This document shows, piece after piece, positions 61,451 through 64,000 of a stretch of 64,000 bases of DNA. The notes under the pieces were generated by a model. That model was not told the origin of the DNA. It was given only the letters and a program-made list of their open reading frames with translations, and did no database searches. Both the position numbers and the translations under genes were made by a program. The DNA comes from the human T2T-CHM13v2.0 reference genome, Homo sapiens. Position 1 is the stretch's first letter; the number at the start of each line of letters is the position of its first letter. The stretch lies in NCBI RefSeq assembly GCF_009914755.1, contig NC_060937.1; one strand, written 5' to 3'.

Positions 61451-64000
61451 TATACTGTACATGAAATATCAAAGTTCACAAACTATATATTATATACTGC
61501 ACATAAAATATCAAAGTACCCAAGGTATATATTCTATACTGTACAAAATATATCAAAGTACCCAAACCATGTATTATATACTGTACATAAAATATGAAAG
61601 TACATCAAATATATATTTTATTCTGTACATAAAATATCAAAGTACACCAAATATATATTCTATAGTGTACATAAAATATTAAAGTACAAATACTATACAA
61701 TATATACTGTTCATAAAATATGAAATTACATCAAATATATATTATATTAGGTACATAAAATATGAAAGTACATCAAATATAGATTATATACTGTACATAA
61801 AATACCAAAGTACCCCAAATATATATTTTATACTGTACATGAAATATCAATGTTCACAAACTATATATTATATACTGTACATAAAATATCAAAGTACCCA
61901 AGGTATATATTTTATACTGTACAAAAAATATCAAAGTACCGAAAGCATGTATTATATACTGTACATAAAATATGAAAGTACATGAAATATATATTTTACT
62001 CTGTACAAAAAATATCAACGTACACCAAATATATATTCTATAGTGTACATAAAATATCAAAGTACCCAAACTATACATTATATACTGTACATAAAATATG
62101 AAATTACATCAAACATATATTATATTAGTTACATAAAATATGAAAGTACATCAAATATAGATTATATACTGTACATAAAATACCAAAGTACCCCAAATAT
62201 ATATTTTATACTGTACATGAAATATCAAAGTTCACAAACTATATATTATATACTGTACATAAAATATCAAAGTACCCAAGTTATATATTCTATACTGTAC
62301 AAAAAATATCAAAGTACCCAAACCATGTATTATATACTGTACATAAAATATGAAAGTACATCAAATATATATTTTATTCTGTACATAAAATATCAAAGTA
62401 CACCAAATATATATTCTATAGAGTACATAAAATATTAAAGTACAAAAACTATACAATATATACTGTTCATAAAATATGAAATTACATCAAATATATATTA
62501 TATTAGGTACATAAAATATGAAAGTACATCAAATATAGATTATATACTGTACATAAAATACCAAAGTACCCCAAATATATATTTTATACTGTACATGAAA
62601 TATCCAAGTTCACAAACTATATATTATATACTGTACATAAAATATCAAAATACCCAAGGTATATATTTTATACTGTACAAAAAATATCAAAGTACCGAAA
62701 GCATGTATTATATACTGTACATAAAATATGAAAGTACATGAAATATATATTTTATTCTGTACAAAAAATATCAAAGTACACCAAATATATATTCTATAGT
62801 GTACATAAAATATCAAAGTACCCAAACTATACATTATATACTGTACATAAAATATGAAATTACATCAAACATATATTATATTAGTTACATAAAATATGAA
62901 AGTACATCAAATATAGATTATATACTGTACATAAAATACCAAAGTACCCCAAATATATATTTTATACTGTACATGAAATATCAAAGTTCACAAACTATAT
63001 AATATATACTGTACATAAAATATCAAAGTACCCAAGTTATATATTCTATACTGTACAAAAAATATCAAAGTACCCACACCATGTATTATATACTGTACAT
63101 AAAATATGAAAGTACATCAAATATATATTTTATTCTGTACATAAAATATCAAAGTACACCAAATATATATTCTATAGTGTACATAAAATATTAAAGTACA
63201 AAAACTATACAATATATACTGTTCATAAAATATGAAATTACATCAAATATATATTATATTAGGTACATAAAATATGAAAGTACATCAAATATAGATTATA
63301 TACTGTACATAAAATACCAAAGTACCCCAAATATATATTTTATACTGTACATGAAATATCGAAGTTCACAAACTATATATTATATACTGTACATAAAATA
63401 TCAAAGTACCCAAGGTATATATTTTATACTGTACAAAAAATATCAAAGTACCGAAAGCATGTATTATATACTGTACATAAAATATGAAAGTACATGAAAT
63501 ATATATTTTACTCTGTACAAAAAATATCAACGTACACCAAATATATATTCTATAGTGTACATAAAATATCAAAGTACCCAAACTATACATTATATACTGT
63601 ACATAAAATATGAAATTACATCAAACATATATTATATTAGTTACATAAAATATGAAAGTACATCAAATATAGATTATATACTGTACATAAAATACCAAAG
63701 TACCCCAAATATATATTTTATACTGTACATGAAATATCAAAGTTCACAAACTATATATTATATACTGTACATAAAATATCAAAGTACCCAAGTTATATAT
63801 TCTATACTGTACAAAAAATATCAAAGTACCCAAACCATGTATTATATACTGTACATAAAATATGAAAGTACATCAAATATATATTTTATTCTGTACATAA
63901 AATATCAAAGTACACCAAATATATATTCTATAGTGTACATAAAATATTAAACTACAAAAACTATACAATATATACTGTTCATAAAATATGAAATTACATC
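61451..64000. repeat. Domain 4: 756-bp 18-mer (dimeric 9-mer) HOR
   Basis: ORFs 61854/62610/63366 and 62043/62799/63555 are spaced 756. Marker AAAATATTAAAGTACAAAAACTATACAATATATACTGTTC (with minor variants) at ~61672, 62428, 63184, 63940. Confidence 0.9.

Larger units (their letters stand above)
1..64000. repeat. HSat1A (SAR / classical satellite I) 42-bp tandem satellite array, open at both window ends
   Basis: Continuous 42-bp periodicity (14-aa repeat in the ORF track), two GTAC (RsaI) sites per typical monomer spaced 17 and 25 bp, extreme AT richness, 378-bp 9-mer higher-order period. These are the established hallmarks of HSat1A. Confidence 0.96.

Noticed and set aside
352-63950. Numerous ORFs on both strands as protein-coding genes
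   Set aside because: All are translations of the 42-bp monomer; stops and frameshifts occur freely and are amplified with the repeats, and there is no non-repetitive domain or gene context.
1-64000. CRISPR-like array (constant TGTACATAAAATAT plus variable segment)
   Set aside because: The variable parts are nine related recurring monomer types, not unique spacers; there are no cas genes or leader.
1-64000. Transposon insertion, strand inversion, alpha satellite/CENP-B box, HSat1B or HSat2/3
   Set aside because: No interruption of the 42-bp register or of strand polarity was seen; no 171-bp monomer, Alu-derived segment or CATTC repeats.
1-64000. TATA-box, -10-like and AATAAA motifs as regulatory sites
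   Set aside because: Expected by chance in such AT-rich repeats; no supporting context.

Overview
The whole 64-kb window is one uninterrupted, single-orientation, very AT-rich tandem satellite array built from a 42-bp monomer (consensus-like GTACATAAAATATCAAA + GTACCCAAACTATATATTATATACT, i.e. alternating 17-bp and 25-bp GTAC-delimited subunits). This matches Human Satellite 1A (HSat1A / SAR) of human or great-ape pericentromeric and acrocentric heterochromatin; species and chromosome cannot be assigned from the sequence alone. I see no genes, transposons, CRISPR array or unique sequence; the ORFs are by-products of a monomer length divisible by 3. The information lies in the higher-order repeat (HOR) architecture. 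I label the nine monomer types by their 14-aa translation: A=KYQSSQTIYYILYI, B=KYQSTQGIYSILYK, C=KYQSTQSMYYILYI, D=KYESTSNIYFILYI, E=KYQSTPNIYSIVYI, F=KYQSTQTIHYILYI, G=KYEITSNIYYIRYI, H=KYESTSNIDYILYI, I=KYQSTPNIYYILYM. Four domains result: (1) 1-~17.6 kb, a non-canonical 587-bp 14-mer HOR (AFGHI+ABCDEFGHI, one 41-bp monomer) with 2223-, 1761- and 1257-bp super-repeats; (2) ~17.6-45.9 kb, the canonical 378-bp 9-mer with 4157- and 3778-bp block duplications, then more diverged units; (3) ~45.9-61.45 kb, a 377/378-bp subfamily with 755-, 1130-, 5358- and 8664-bp periodicities; (4) ~61.45-64 kb, a 756-bp 18-mer with a 1512-bp super-period. Periods were derived by hand from ORF-track offsets and shared diagnostic variants; domain boundaries are approximate.
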